Positions 1 to 10,649 of a stretch of 52,007 bases of DNA are shown one piece after another. A model generated the notes under the pieces. It was not told where the DNA came from and ran no database searches. It saw only the letters and a list, made by a program, of their open reading frames with translations. The DNA is from an uncultured Colwellia sp. (GTDB taxonomy: Bacteria > Pseudomonadota > Gammaproteobacteria > Enterobacterales > Alteromonadaceae). Every line of letters begins with the position of its first letter. The stretch's first letter is position 1. The position numbers and the translations under genes are program-made. The DNA is taken from assembly GCA_963933725.1 (NCBI GenBank), contig CAWVWK010000001.1, positions 1 through 52,007 of the forward strand, given 5' to 3'.

Positions 1-95
1 CCTCAAACATATAGTGATTTCTGGTTAAAACCTCCCCTAATATGTTGATATTTTTAGAAAAGCTAATATGGTTAATGGATCAGCCTATGTAAAAA

Positions 96-677
96 CTAAT
101 TATACGTGACTGTATTAGCTGCTTTGGCATTTTTAGTCACTTTAACATTATATTCCTCAAAAATAATCCCTTTAATCATTTCAATGTTATCAACTGCATC
201 ATCAACAATTAATACAATCAATTTTGAGTGGCGATGATGATAACGACTTTGCTTAATTCGATTATTAACTAATGCATTTTTCTTATTTAATTTTGCAGCT
301 TTATCTAAAGGCTCTTTTATCACTATGTTAATTCTCGTTTCAAAAATTGATAAGTTAAAAGGTGGAACGTATATTCAGACAAGCCATTTCTAATCGCTTC
401 TTTAATTTTTTCATGTTCAATAATCGTGGACATAATCACAAAAGGAATCAGGGTCGTTTTTCATTGTCTCGTATTCTTCAATAGATTCATTGTATTAAAT
501 TGTGATAAATCCCATGCGCAAATAATTAGGTCTATTTTTCTGTGGCAATTAAATGAAAACACTTTACTTCATTGCTTTCACTAAAAATTGTTGAACCCCA
601 TAGCTCGTAACATCGATAATATGACACCTCGACGAGTTTTGTTGCTTTCTATCACCAACACACCTATGAATTAGCAT
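96..677 (-). pseudogene. Decayed response regulator with two CheY-like receiver domains (frameshifts and an internal stop)
   Basis: Manual minus-strand translation across frames gives VLVIESNKN / TRRGVILSMLRAMGFNNF / IDLIICAWDLSQFNTMNLLKNTRQ*KTTLIPFVIMSTIIEHEKIKEAIRNGLSEY / VPPFNLSIFETRIN. This joins ORF 96..323, which carries a second receiver start LIVLIVDDAVDNIEMIKGII and then stops early. Confidence 0.75.
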
Positions 678-1053
678 TTTTGTTCAAATGCTACCTTTAG
701 ACTTAATTCACTATAGCTTTTGTAGTAGACTACATTTTTATAAATCATAAAGTAGTAAATAATATTTCGATTGAAGCTACTTTGTTGTGTACTGATTAAC
801 TTATTAAATAGCCCAATTAAAGACTTGCTATATTTCATATAAATCATTGTTAAAATTATTTTTTGATTTTTAATGGTCTATAGAAATCCTTCTAATGATA
901 TTTTTAAGTTGCTCTAATGACACTCATATAGACATTTAATTTGGTTAAATGTATTAGATATAGTTTTGTTTATACTTAACATTTAACGTTTAACATTTGT
1001 CATTTAAGTAGTGAATCCGATATCAACATTTCTGTAAAGGAAGTATCTAACCA

Positions 1054-1662
1054 ATGATCAAATTTAGCCCTTTAGTTCAAGAGCTTATAGATTCTTTAAA
1101 GTGTTTACCTGGTGTAGGTGCTAAATCTGCACAACGGATGGCGTTCCATTTGTTAGAAAGAAATAGAATCGGTGGAACTAAACTCGCCAATACTTTATCT
1201 CAAGCCATGTCTAAAATAGGGCATTGTCAGCAGTGCAGAAATTTTACTGAAGAATACCTTTGTGATATTTGCTTAAGCCCTAAAAGACAGCAGACATCGA
1301 TTTTGTGTATTGTTGAAAGCCCAGGAGATGTTATTGCCATCGAACAGACAGGGTCATACACAGGTCGATATTTTGTTCTAATGGGGCATTTATCTCCCAT
1401 CGACGGTATTGGTCCAGAAGATTTAGGTTTAGATGCTTTAGCTGAGCAGTTTTCTACTGGCCAATTTTCTGAAGTTATTCTCGCGACCAACCCAACTGTC
1501 GAGGGTGAAGCTACGGCCCACTTTATTGCTGAGCTAGCACAGGAGTACCAAGTAAACATCTCTCGAATAGCACATGGCGTTCCTGTAGGTGGAGAGTTAG
1601 AGTATGTGGATGGTAATACATTATCCCATGCTTTATCAGGGAGAAAAGATTATCAATTCTAA
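1054..1662 (+). CDS. recR: Recombination mediator RecR
   Basis: HhH motif [12 protein letters not shown]4 zinc finger (CQQC...CDIC), [41 protein letters not shown] upstream. Confidence 0.98.
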   Translation: MIKFSPLVQELIDSLKCLPGVGAKSAQRMAFHLLERNRIGGTKLANTLSQAMSKIGHCQQCRNFTEEYLCDICLSPKRQQTSILCIVESPGDVIAIEQTGSYTGRYFVLMGHLSPIDGIGPEDLGLDALAEQFSTGQFSEVILATNPTVEGEATAHFIAELAQEYQVNISRIAHGVPVGGELEYVDGNTLSHALSGRKDYQF

Positions 1663-1821
1663 AATTTAATACTTTTATATTTTAACTTCTTTTGTCATCT
1701 CCAAAAGCTCGATTCACTCACGTTAGTGAGCGCTTAAGTATCTTGATTTTATCTTTTCATAACATTCACTCATTTTATATTTTCAATAATTTCGATAAAT
1801 ATTTTTGTAAAACTTACCCCT

Positions 1822-1852
1822 CCCCTTGAAAAAAAATAATCTATCTCAATTA
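1822..1852 (+). promoter_or_regulatory. Putative sigma32 (RpoH) promoter of htpG
   Basis: CCCCTTGAA matches the heat-shock -35. After 14 nt comes CTCAATTA, an imperfect CCCCATNT-type -10. It lies upstream of a classic RpoH regulon gene. Confidence 0.6.
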
Positions 1853-1947
1853 ATAGTAACAACGAACAAATTTAGATTACATAACGGCACTGCTTTTATG
1901 CTTTAAGTTATGAATACTGCCATCCATTCAACAAAAGGGCTTAATTA

Positions 1948-3906
1948 ATGACTACTAATAATACCGAACAAAAACATCAATTTGCATCAGATAATGCAAA
2001 AATTCTTCAATTGATGATCCATTCTCTTTATTCAAACAAAGAAATTTTCTTAAGAGAGTTAGTTTCAAACGCTGCCGATGCTGCGGACAAATTACGGTTT
2101 AAAGGCTTATCTGACGGCACATTATTTGAAAATGATGCTGACTTACATGTTAGAGTAAGCTGCGATAAAGAGAATAATACGGTTACGATTTCAGATAACG
2201 GTATCGGCATGAATTTAGATGAAGTGATTGAGCATCTAGGTACAATTGCAAAATCTGGTACTGCTGAATTTTTCTCTAAATTATCTGGTGATCAAGCAAA
2301 CGATTCACAACTCATTGGTCAGTTTGGTGTAGGTTTCTACTCTGCGTTTATTGTTGCTGATAAAGTGACCGTAAGAACACGTCGTGCTGGTGATGAAGCA
2401 ACGGAAGGTGTTGAATGGGTAAGTAACGGCGAAGGCGAATTTACAACGGCGAATATCGAGAAAGCTAATCGCGGTACTGATATTATTCTTCACTTAAAAG
2501 AAGATGAATCTGAGTTTGCAGATGATTGGCGTTTGAAATCTATTGTGACTAAATATTCTGATCACATTTCTGTGATTGTTGAGATGTTAACACCTGCGAT
2601 CCCAGCAGTAGAAGCTGTTGCAGAATCTGAAGCTGAAGATGGCACTAAAATACCTGCTGTTGAAGCTATTGAAGCAGTACCGGCTAAATGGGAAGCAATT
2701 AACAAAGCTACCGCTTTGTGGACAAGAGAAAAAGCAGAAGTATCTGACGATGAATACAAGGCTTTTTATAAACACGTATCAAGTGACTTTGCCGATCCTC
2801 TTCTTTGGGAACACAATAAAGTTGAAGGTAAAACCGAATATACAAGCCTTTTATATGTCCCTGCAAAAGCGCCTTTTGACATGTACAACCGTGAAAAGCA
2901 GCATGGTTTAAAGCTTTATGTTCAACGTGTTTTTATTATGGATGACGCCGAACAGTTTATGCCAACTTACTTACGTTTTGTTAAAGGTTTATTAGATTCT
3001 AACGATTTACCATTAAACGTTTCTCGCGAAATATTGCAAGATAATAAAGTGACTCAAGCAATTCGTAAAGGTTGTACTAAACGCGTACTAAAAATGCTTG
3101 AAAAGCTTGGCAAAAAAGACGCTGAAAAATACCAAGGATTTTGGGATGAGTTTGGTCAAGTATTAAAAGAAGGCCCGGCTGAAGATAATGCAAACAAAGA
3201 CTTAATTGCTAAACTACTCCGTTTTGCATCAACCAATGATAATACTTCGGTTCAAAATACTTCTTTAACATCATACGTAGAGCGTATGAAAGAAGGACAA
3301 GATAAAATCTATTACGTTGTTGCTGATAGTTTTGAAGCGGCTAAAAATAGTCCTCATTTAGAAGTGTTCCGTAAAAAAGGCATTGAAGTTTTACTCATGT
3401 CTGACAGAATCGATGAATGGCTAGTAAGTCACCTAACTGAATTTGAAGGTAAACAACTTCAGTCTGTAACTCGTGGCGGTTTAGATCTTGGTGACATGGA
3501 TGATGAAGAAACAAAACAAGCACAAGAGAAGCTTGAAAAAGAATTTGACTCAGTTGTTACACGTATTCAAGATGCACTTAAAGGAAAAGTAAAAGAAGTT
3601 AAGTTATCTCAACGTTTAACAGATTCTCCAGCGTGTATTGTTGCTGATGAAAATGATATGAGTAGTCAAATGGCGAAGTTAATGGCATCTGTTGGACAAG
3701 AGGTACCTGAGACATTACCTATTTTTGAAATTAACGCTGAGCATGAATTAGTTAAGCATGTTGCAGACGAGCAGGATGATACATTATTCGACCAATGGGT
3801 TGAGGTATTATTTGAACAAGCTATGTTAGCTGAACGCGGCAGCTTAAAAGACCCTGCAAGCTTTGTATCTAGACTAAATAAATTAATGCTTAATTTAACA
3901 AAATAA
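1948..3906 (+). CDS. htpG: Chaperone HtpG (Hsp90)
   Basis: [33 protein letters not shown] and [11 protein letters not shown] signatures. Confidence 0.99.
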   Translation: MTTNNTEQKHQFASDNAKILQLMIHSLYSNKEIFLRELVSNAADAADKLRFKGLSDGTLFENDADLHVRVSCDKENNTVTISDNGIGMNLDEVIEHLGTIAKSGTAEFFSKLSGDQANDSQLIGQFGVGFYSAFIVADKVTVRTRRAGDEATEGVEWVSNGEGEFTTANIEKANRGTDIILHLKEDESEFADDWRLKSIVTKYSDHISVIVEMLTPAIPAVEAVAESEAEDGTKIPAVEAIEAVPAKWEAINKATALWTREKAEVSDDEYKAFYKHVSSDFADPLLWEHNKVEGKTEYTSLLYVPAKAPFDMYNREKQHGLKLYVQRVFIMDDAEQFMPTYLRFVKGLLDSNDLPLNVSREILQDNKVTQAIRKGCTKRVLKMLEKLGKKDAEKYQGFWDEFGQVLKEGPAEDNANKDLIAKLLRFASTNDNTSVQNTSLTSYVERMKEGQDKIYYVVADSFEAAKNSPHLEVFRKKGIEVLLMSDRIDEWLVSHLTEFEGKQLQSVTRGGLDLGDMDDEETKQAQEKLEKEFDSVVTRIQDALKGKVKEVKLSQRLTDSPACIVADENDMSSQMAKLMASVGQEVPETLPIFEINAEHELVKHVADEQDDTLFDQWVEVLFEQAMLAERGSLKDPASFVSRLNKLMLNLTK

Positions 3907-3935
3907 TAGCTAATAAGGTGGAAATGATTTTAATC

Positions 3936-4070
3936 GCTTAGTGCAAGGATAAAGTTTAATAGAGAATGCGGACAGTGTAGGAGTTAGCTTATTAGATATT
4001 GCATGAGCAATTATCCTGAGCTCACTCGCCTGAATATTCATGCTATTAAGTCAATATCCTTTCTCTAAGC
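3936..4070. repeat. 135-nt imperfect inverted repeat (long hairpin), function unknown
   Basis: Left end GCTTAGTGCAAGGATA matches the reverse complement of the right end (GCTTAGAGAAAGGATA) at 14/16. Inner pairs TTAATAG/CTATTAA, GAAT/ATTC and AGTG/CACT. Confidence 0.7.
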
Positions 4071-4160
4071 CTTTTAATTCTCTCAGAGTTAAAAGGATTT
4101 ATTGGAACTGGTGTAATATGGTTCAAGGAGTTTTCCTGATAAAAGGAAGCTCCTTTTCTT
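4070..4160 (+). terminator. Two terminator-like hairpins downstream of htpG
   Basis: CCTTTTAATTCT-CTC-AGAGTTAAAAGG (4070-4096) and AAGGAGTTTTCCT-GATAAA-AGGAAGCTCCTT (4125-4155) followed by TTCTT. Confidence 0.55.
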
Positions 4161-4313
4161 CTCGGGGCTTGTGTGCAAATGGGCTTAATTGTATAGTAGC
4201 GTTATATCTGTGTTAGGAAAATTATCACCTTAATGCTTTATTTAGAAAGTGCATATAATGTTCACTGAGCTTTCAAAGTAATAAGATAATAATTTTTAAT
4301 TTTTGTTCAGTAA

Positions 4314-4967
<654 letters not shown>

Positions 4968-4996
4968 CAATCTTTAAGCGATGTTTGATTAAACAT

Positions 4997-5022
4997 AAAA
5001 AACCCGCTAATGCGGGTTTTTT
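4997..5022 (+). terminator. Intrinsic terminator of adk
   Basis: AAAAAACCCGC-TAAT-GCGGGTTTTTT. Confidence 0.9.
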
Positions 5023-5149
5023 AATGCCTTTTATCTAATAAAAGGCATTAAAAAGGATCTGTTAATTAATGGGCTTGCTATGATTATTTAACTAAAACTT
5101 TGAACAAAAATTAGGTACGATAGATTTTTTACTTCACTTTAGGTTTAAC

Positions 5150-5554
5150 ATGACAATTATAATAACGGCTTTCTATGCAAGTATACTCGCACTTCTGTTC
5201 ATCGTACTTTCATTTAAGACGATAAACCTGCGTAAGAAACACCTTGTCGGTGTCGGTGACGGAGGCGAAAAGAATTTAACAAAAGCAATTCGTGTACATG
5301 GTAATTTCTCTGAATATACGCCCTTAGCTCTTATCTTATTAGGCGCTTATGAGCTAAATGGTGCTAGTGCTTTGATGATTCACCTTTTGGGTGCTAGTTT
5401 CTTTATTGCAAGAATTCTGCATGCGATAGGTTTAGGTAAGACGGTTGGTACGTCAAAACCTCGATTTTTTGGCATGGTTTTAACTTTTTTAGTTTTACTG
5501 ATTTTAGCAATACTAAATATAAGTCTATTTATTACGATTATCATGACAGCTTAA
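5150..5554 (+). CDS. MAPEG family membrane protein (YecN-like)
   Basis: Several hydrophobic helices, G.GDGG, the IRVHGNFSEY.P motif and ARILHAIG. Confidence 0.85.
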   Translation: MTIIITAFYASILALLFIVLSFKTINLRKKHLVGVGDGGEKNLTKAIRVHGNFSEYTPLALILLGAYELNGASALMIHLLGASFFIARILHAIGLGKTVGTSKPRFFGMVLTFLVLLILAILNISLFITIIMTA

Positions 5555-5570
5555 ATAAGCAGTATTAAAT

Positions 5571-5611
5571 AACGTTGGTGTTTTATAACCCAGTGCGCCA
5601 ACGTTTCTTTT
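5571..5611. terminator. Hairpin between convergent MAPEG and msrQ genes
   Basis: AACGTTGGTG...CGCCAACGTT followed by TCTTTT. Confidence 0.5.
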
Positions 5612-5618
5612 GCTTATC

Positions 5619-5660
5619 TTTTTACTTTTTACTTTTTACTTTTTACTTTTTACTTTTTAC
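5619..5660. repeat. Perfect heptamer tandem repeat (TTTTTAC)x6
   Basis: Counted directly. It overlaps the last codons and the stop of msrQ. Confidence 0.95.
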
Positions 5661-6242
5661 TAAGAGTTTATTAAGTTTTTTATAACGTAAACTTAATAAA
5701 CATATCAGTATTAAAATATATATCATAGGCGAGATAACAGAAGACTTTACCGACCAATAAAAGTGCACAACAACCAAAACCGCTGCTAGGTATACTGTAT
5801 TGTGCAACGTTTGCCATGACTTACCCATTTTTCGCTTTATATGCGTAATTGAAGTAACCGCCAATAAGAGCAAAATAACAAAAGCCACCATGCCAATCGT
5901 TATATATGGCCTACTGACTATTTCCGAAAAAACTAAAGACCAATCCAATTGTAAATCAAACAGGATAAAGTTAAATAAATGGAAAAGCGCGTAGAGGAAA
6001 GCGTATAACCCAAGCAACCGCCTAACTTTTATAAATACATTTTGTTTTAATATTTTAGAAAGTGGCGATGCAGATAAAGAAAGCAGTAATAAATTTAATG
6101 CACCTATCCCTGTAAAATGAATAACCTCCTCCACAGGATCAGCACCAAGTTGCTCATTAAAGGCTAAGAAATATAAATACACTAATGGCAATAGACTCCC
6201 TAAGTGTATTACTATTTTGAACCCTATCTCTTTTCGTATCAA
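5643..6242 (-). CDS. msrQ: Heme-binding membrane subunit of methionine sulfoxide reductase MsrQ (YedZ)
   Basis: LGADPV..IHFTG, RRLLGLYAF.YA..H, RPYITIG and WQTLH..VY......HFYW. Directly downstream of msrP. TTG start. Confidence 0.95.
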   Translation of the reverse strand: MIRKEIGFKIVIHLGSLLPLVYLYFLAFNEQLGADPVEEVIHFTGIGALNLLLLSLSASPLSKILKQNVFIKVRRLLGLYAFLYALFHLFNFILFDLQLDWSLVFSEIVSRPYITIGMVAFVILLLLAVTSITHIKRKMGKSWQTLHNTVYLAAVLVVVHFYWSVKSSVISPMIYILILICLLSLRYKKLNKLLVKSKK

Positions 6243-6264
6243 AATTCCCCCAATGAAGCATTGC

Positions 6265-7272
6265 TTAATAAAATTTTGTTAAATCCATATCTTTATATAA
6301 GTGTGCTACTTCATCACCATATCCATTAAATGGTAATGTTTCTATTCTATTTCTACTAAAAAGCCCACCATCTGTAATTCTTCGCTCACTTTTTTGACTC
6401 CATCTAGGGTGGTCATGCTGCGGGTTTACATTGGCATAAAATCCATATTCATTTGGTGCTAGTTTATTCCACGTTGTAATCGGTTGGTGCTCTACTAACC
6501 TAATGCCTACAATCGACTTGATGCTTTTAAAGCCATACTTCCAAGGGACCACTAAACGAACGGGTGCTCCATTTTGTGGGGGCAACGTTTTTCCATATAA
6601 CCCCGTACTCATTAGTGTAAGAGGATTAAGCGCCTCATCAAGTCGTAATCCTTCGAGGTAGGGATATTCAATGCCACCGCCTAATCGTCTATTATTTTGT
6701 CCTGGCATCTGCTTTGGGTCGTATAAGGTTTCGAAAAGGACATAATTAGCCTTACTATTCGGTTCAACTTTTTTTAATAACGAAGCAAGCGAAAAACCTA
6801 TCCAAGGTATCACCATCGACCATGCTTCAACACACCGAAGTCTATAGATTCTTTCCTCCAAAGGGAAAGCGCTAAACAAATCATCATAGTCTAGTGTTAA
6901 GGGCTTGTTGCACTCTCCTGAGATTTTTAGTTTCCAAGGATTAACTTTAAATTCTTGAGCAAGTTCTTTAGGTTGCGATTTTTGAGCGCCAAATTCATAA
7001 AAATTATTATGCGAGATGACTTTACTTTCTGGCGTTTTAATGAGTTTTTTATTAACATTATCTTCTTTAAAAGATAAAGGGCTTGTCTTAAAAATAACTG
7101 GCTCAGTACTAAAAATCCCAGCTTTACTTGCCGGTGAAGTTATTGAAGAAAGCATCGCCCCTGCACCTAAAAAACCCATTTTTTTTATGATGTCTCTTCG
7201 TTGCGTATAAATCCTTTCATCTGTTACATCTGACTCTTTGAGGAACTGAGCTTTATTTGTTTTAATCAACAT
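6265..7272 (-). CDS. msrP: Periplasmic molybdoenzyme methionine sulfoxide reductase MsrP (YedY)
   Basis: Tat motif [49 protein letters not shown] and HPRWSQ. AAGGAG RBS. Confidence 0.97.
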   Translation of the reverse strand: MLIKTNKAQFLKESDVTDERIYTQRRDIIKKMGFLGAGAMLSSITSPASKAGIFSTEPVIFKTSPLSFKEDNVNKKLIKTPESKVISHNNFYEFGAQKSQPKELAQEFKVNPWKLKISGECNKPLTLDYDDLFSAFPLEERIYRLRCVEAWSMVIPWIGFSLASLLKKVEPNSKANYVLFETLYDPKQMPGQNNRRLGGGIEYPYLEGLRLDEALNPLTLMSTGLYGKTLPPQNGAPVRLVVPWKYGFKSIKSIVGIRLVEHQPITTWNKLAPNEYGFYANVNPQHDHPRWSQKSERRITDGGLFSRNRIETLPFNGYGDEVAHLYKDMDLTKFY

Positions 7273-7585
7273 ATTAACTCCTTATAGCTTTTCATTTCGT
7301 TTAGATTTAAATATAATTATTTGAGGCGTTCTCCTTTCATCTTTATGTTTTGTTTAATAAAATTTTTAGAACGCACCTCACGCGATGTACTATAGCTGTT
7401 CCACCTACTATCTTGTACAAACAACAAGGGGGGATTTAATCGACCAGAATGATTATAAAGCTCACTATCACTCTTATTATATATACGCTAGAAAAATTTT
7501 CCAGATCAGCTACCGTTAGCGAATCTCTGCAACTTAGCCTAATAGGCCAAGCAAACTCGAAAACAGTTTACTTATTAGTAGACAC

Positions 7586-7620
7586 AAAAAAGCACAAATA
7601 AATTTCACTTTATTTGTGCT
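7586..7620 (-). terminator. Intrinsic terminator of the glutaredoxin-like gene
   Basis: AGCACAAATAAA-TTTCAC-TTTATTTGTGCT, with an A run on the left that reads as a U tract on the minus strand. Confidence 0.75.
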
Positions 7621-7695
7621 GCTCTTGTTTTGTTTGTTTTTAATCGTATTTTCGTTGAACAAATTAGATTTGAGATTTTATCAACTTAATATAGA

Positions 7696-8067
7696 TTATG
7701 CAGCCTTAACAAGTGATTGTAAGTGAGAGACTACATCATTTGATTCATAAAGCCATTCAACTTCTCCAGATTCACTTTCTATCCTTAAGCAAGGTACTGT
7801 TCTTTTACCGCCCTCACGAATAAGCTCTTCTCTATAACCTAATGTATTAATGTTTCTAATTTCAATATTTAGGCCTTCTCGTTTGATTGCTCTTCGCACT
7901 TTCACACAAAATGGACAGCTTGGCAATTGATAAAGACTTAAGTGCTTAGTTTTAGCATCAATTAGATTTTGTTCTTGGCTTGAACGTTTAGGTGATTTTG
8001 GTGAAAAAACAAAGTTAAGCAACAAAATAAGTTGGCCTATCGGCCAACGGATCATAGACATTATCAT
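7696..8067 (-). CDS. Glutaredoxin-family protein
   Basis: LYQLPSCPFCVKVRR (CPFC active site), GGKRTVPCLRIE and WLYES.DV. Confidence 0.88.
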   Translation of the reverse strand: MIMSMIRWPIGQLILLLNFVFSPKSPKRSSQEQNLIDAKTKHLSLYQLPSCPFCVKVRRAIKREGLNIEIRNINTLGYREELIREGGKRTVPCLRIESESGEVEWLYESNDVVSHLQSLVKAA

Positions 8068-8273
8068 AGGGTACTTCTTTTAACGTTTAAGTGAGATTAA
8101 TAGGATGCAATAATAACATAGAAACAAGGGTAAGTTGAATTCCAATAAGTAGCGGTCGTGATATAATTATCAGATACATTAAAAATTATTACCTCATTCA
8201 GGCTATGGCTAGTTAAAGGATAGAGTTAATATAGAATCACTTGCCATAATAAGCATACTGCACCATTAGAGGA

Positions 8274-8945
8274 ATGACCATGACACAAGATGAAAAGAAA
8301 AAACTAGCCGCCTTAAAAGCTATAAACTTTATTAAAGATGGCACGATTGTTGGTGTGGGTACTGGCTCGACTGTCAATTACTTTATCGATGCTTTAGCTG
8401 AAATTAAAGATCGTATAGAAGGCGCAGTATCAAGCTCGGATGCATCGACAAAACACTTAGAAGCTCATGGCATAGAAGTGTTTAATTTAAATGATATTGA
8501 CACTCTAGATGTTTATGTTGATGGCGCTGATGAAATAACTAAACATATGAGTATGATTAAAGGTGGTGGTGCAGCATTAACCAGAGAGAAAATTGTTGCC
8601 GCCGTTGCCAAACAGTTTATTTGTATTGCTGATGACAGCAAATTGGTTAATGTACTTGGTGACTTCCCCTTACCCGTTGAAGTTATTCCGATGGCAAGAA
8701 GTTATGTTGCTAGAGAAATAGTAAAACTTGGTGGCGATCCAGAATATCGAGTGGGCGTTATAACAGACAACGGTAATGTTATTTTAGATATACATAACAT
8801 GAATATTACTAACCCAAAGCAGCTCGAAATTGACATCAATGCCATTGTTGGTGTTGTAACTAATGGGTTATTTGCAGGTAAAGGAGCCGATCTATTATTG
8901 CTTGGTTGTGATGATGAAGTAAAAGAGCTTTCATTGCTCAAATAA
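8274..8945 (+). CDS. rpiA: Ribose-5-phosphate isomerase A
   Basis: [16 protein letters not shown] and [13 protein letters not shown]. The start may be the second Met (8280). Confidence 0.98.
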   Translation: MTMTQDEKKKLAALKAINFIKDGTIVGVGTGSTVNYFIDALAEIKDRIEGAVSSSDASTKHLEAHGIEVFNLNDIDTLDVYVDGADEITKHMSMIKGGGAALTREKIVAAVAKQFICIADDSKLVNVLGDFPLPVEVIPMARSYVAREIVKLGGDPEYRVGVITDNGNVILDIHNMNITNPKQLEIDINAIVGVVTNGLFAGKGADLLLLGCDDEVKELSLLK

Positions 8946-9079
8946 AGTTCATTTTATACTTTAGAGTTTATACACTATATGTTATCGTAAATCATTAAAT
9001 GGATATCTAGCCATCCAGATGATTTATATTTCATATTTTACTCAAAATAATAAGACCTAACAACAGCGAAAATACCCTT

Positions 9080-10330
9080 ATGACAATAAATAGCAATTCA
9101 TTAGCAAAAGAAAAAATAAAAATATTACTACTTGAAGGAGTACACGAAAGTGCGCTAATTGAACTTAAGAGTAAGGGGTATTCTAATATAGAATATATTA
9201 AGACATCTTTAGAAGGTAATGATCTGCTTGAAAAAATTTCTGATGTGCACTTTATTGGAATACGCTCACGTACACAATTGACCAAAGAAGTATTAAGCCA
9301 CGCTAAAAAACTTGTCGCTGTAGGATGTTTTTGTATAGGTACAAACCAAGTTGATATCAAAGCAGCTCAATCGCTTGGTATCCCTGTTTTTAATGCGCCT
9401 TTTTCAAATACACGTTCAGTAGCAGAATTAGTACTAGGTCAAACCCTTTTGCTACTTAGAGGTATTCCTGAGAAAAGTGCAAAAGCACATCGCGGAGAAT
9501 GGTTCAAATCTGCTGCAGGCTCTGTTGAAGCTCGTGGTAAGACATTAGGTATTATTGGTTACGGTCATATAGGTACGCAATTAGGTATCTTAGCCGAAAC
9601 TATTGGTATGCGTGTTCGCTTCTTCGACATAGAAACTAAACTGCCTCTAGGGAATGCGAGTCAGTCATTCTCTTTTTCCGAGTTTCTTGCAGAAGCTGAT
9701 GTAGTTACTTTACATGTACCTGAAACAGATCAAACTCAAGATATGATAAGCTATGATGAGTTCACTGCAATGAAACAAGGAGCTATTTTTATAAACGCTT
9801 CACGCGGGACAGTGGTAGATATAGATGCTTTAGCAAATGCTATCAGTACGAAAAAACTGGCTGGTGCTGCTATCGATGTATTTCCTGTAGAACCTAAAGG
9901 CAATGACGAAGAGTTTATATCCCCACTTCGTGGTTTTGATAACATTATTCTTACTCCTCACATTGGTGGTAGTACAAAAGAAGCGCAAGAAAACATTGGG
10001 CTTGAAGTTGCCAGTAAATTAGCTAAATATTCAGATAATGGCTCAAGTTTATCTGCAGTTAACTTCCCTGAAGTTTCATTACCTGAACATAATATCCCAG
10101 GCAGAGTGGGCCCTAGCAGATTATTACATATTCATAAAAATCAGCCTGGTATTTTAACTCAGATAAACCAAGCATTTGCAGAAAATAGCATCAACATTGC
10201 TGCCCAATATTTGCAAACTGATGATAAGGTTGGTTATGTCGTAATTGAAATAGAAACATCTGACAGCCAGCTTGCTTTAAAAACATTAAAAGCAATAAAA
10301 GGTACGATTAGAGCTCGAATTATTCACTAG
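9080..10330 (+). CDS. serA: D-3-phosphoglycerate dehydrogenase
   Basis: GIRSRTQLT, CFCIGTNQVD, GIIGYGHIG, LTPHIGGST and a C-terminal ACT domain. Confidence 0.98.
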   Translation: MTINSNSLAKEKIKILLLEGVHESALIELKSKGYSNIEYIKTSLEGNDLLEKISDVHFIGIRSRTQLTKEVLSHAKKLVAVGCFCIGTNQVDIKAAQSLGIPVFNAPFSNTRSVAELVLGQTLLLLRGIPEKSAKAHRGEWFKSAAGSVEARGKTLGIIGYGHIGTQLGILAETIGMRVRFFDIETKLPLGNASQSFSFSEFLAEADVVTLHVPETDQTQDMISYDEFTAMKQGAIFINASRGTVVDIDALANAISTKKLAGAAIDVFPVEPKGNDEEFISPLRGFDNIILTPHIGGSTKEAQENIGLEVASKLAKYSDNGSSLSAVNFPEVSLPEHNIPGRVGPSRLLHIHKNQPGILTQINQAFAENSINIAAQYLQTDDKVGYVVIEIETSDSQLALKTLKAIKGTIRARIIH

Positions 10331-10347
10331 TTTTTCCTTTTAAATAT

Positions 10348-10373
10348 CGAGTACTACAACACTGTGGTACTCG
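10348..10373 (+). terminator. Hairpin downstream of serA
   Basis: CGAGTACTACA-ACAC-TGTGGTACTCG with a weak T tract. Confidence 0.55.
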
Positions 10374-10649
10374 TTCATATTTCCCACTAACTTAGAAAAG
10401 TTAACTTTTTCTTGCTACATTTTTCCCTTTAAAATTTCCTCTTAATTTACAAAAAAGATAAAATAGAACAAAAAACATACAAAAACCTTGGTTTAATTGC
10501 CTATTTTTCACTCAACACTTGACGTATCATTAACCATGAAGCATAACTAAGGTATCGACTAAAACAATAATTACAGTCGAAAAAAGATTTAGTTCTAAAA
10601 AATTAAAAATTAAAACTAAATAACTTCAAAAAGGCAGAGGAGAGTTTCT

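Noticed and set aside
3936-4070. 6S RNA, ERIC or CsrB identity for the long hairpin
   Set aside because: No recognisable primary-sequence match, wrong context for ssrS (no zapA or ygfA), and the GGA triplets are mostly in stems rather than loops.
10519-10547. FNR box or sigma70 promoter upstream of the Yip1 gene (TTGACG-N17-CATAAC)
   Set aside because: The right half does not fit FNR. The sigma70 reading is possible but too weak to list in AT-rich DNA.
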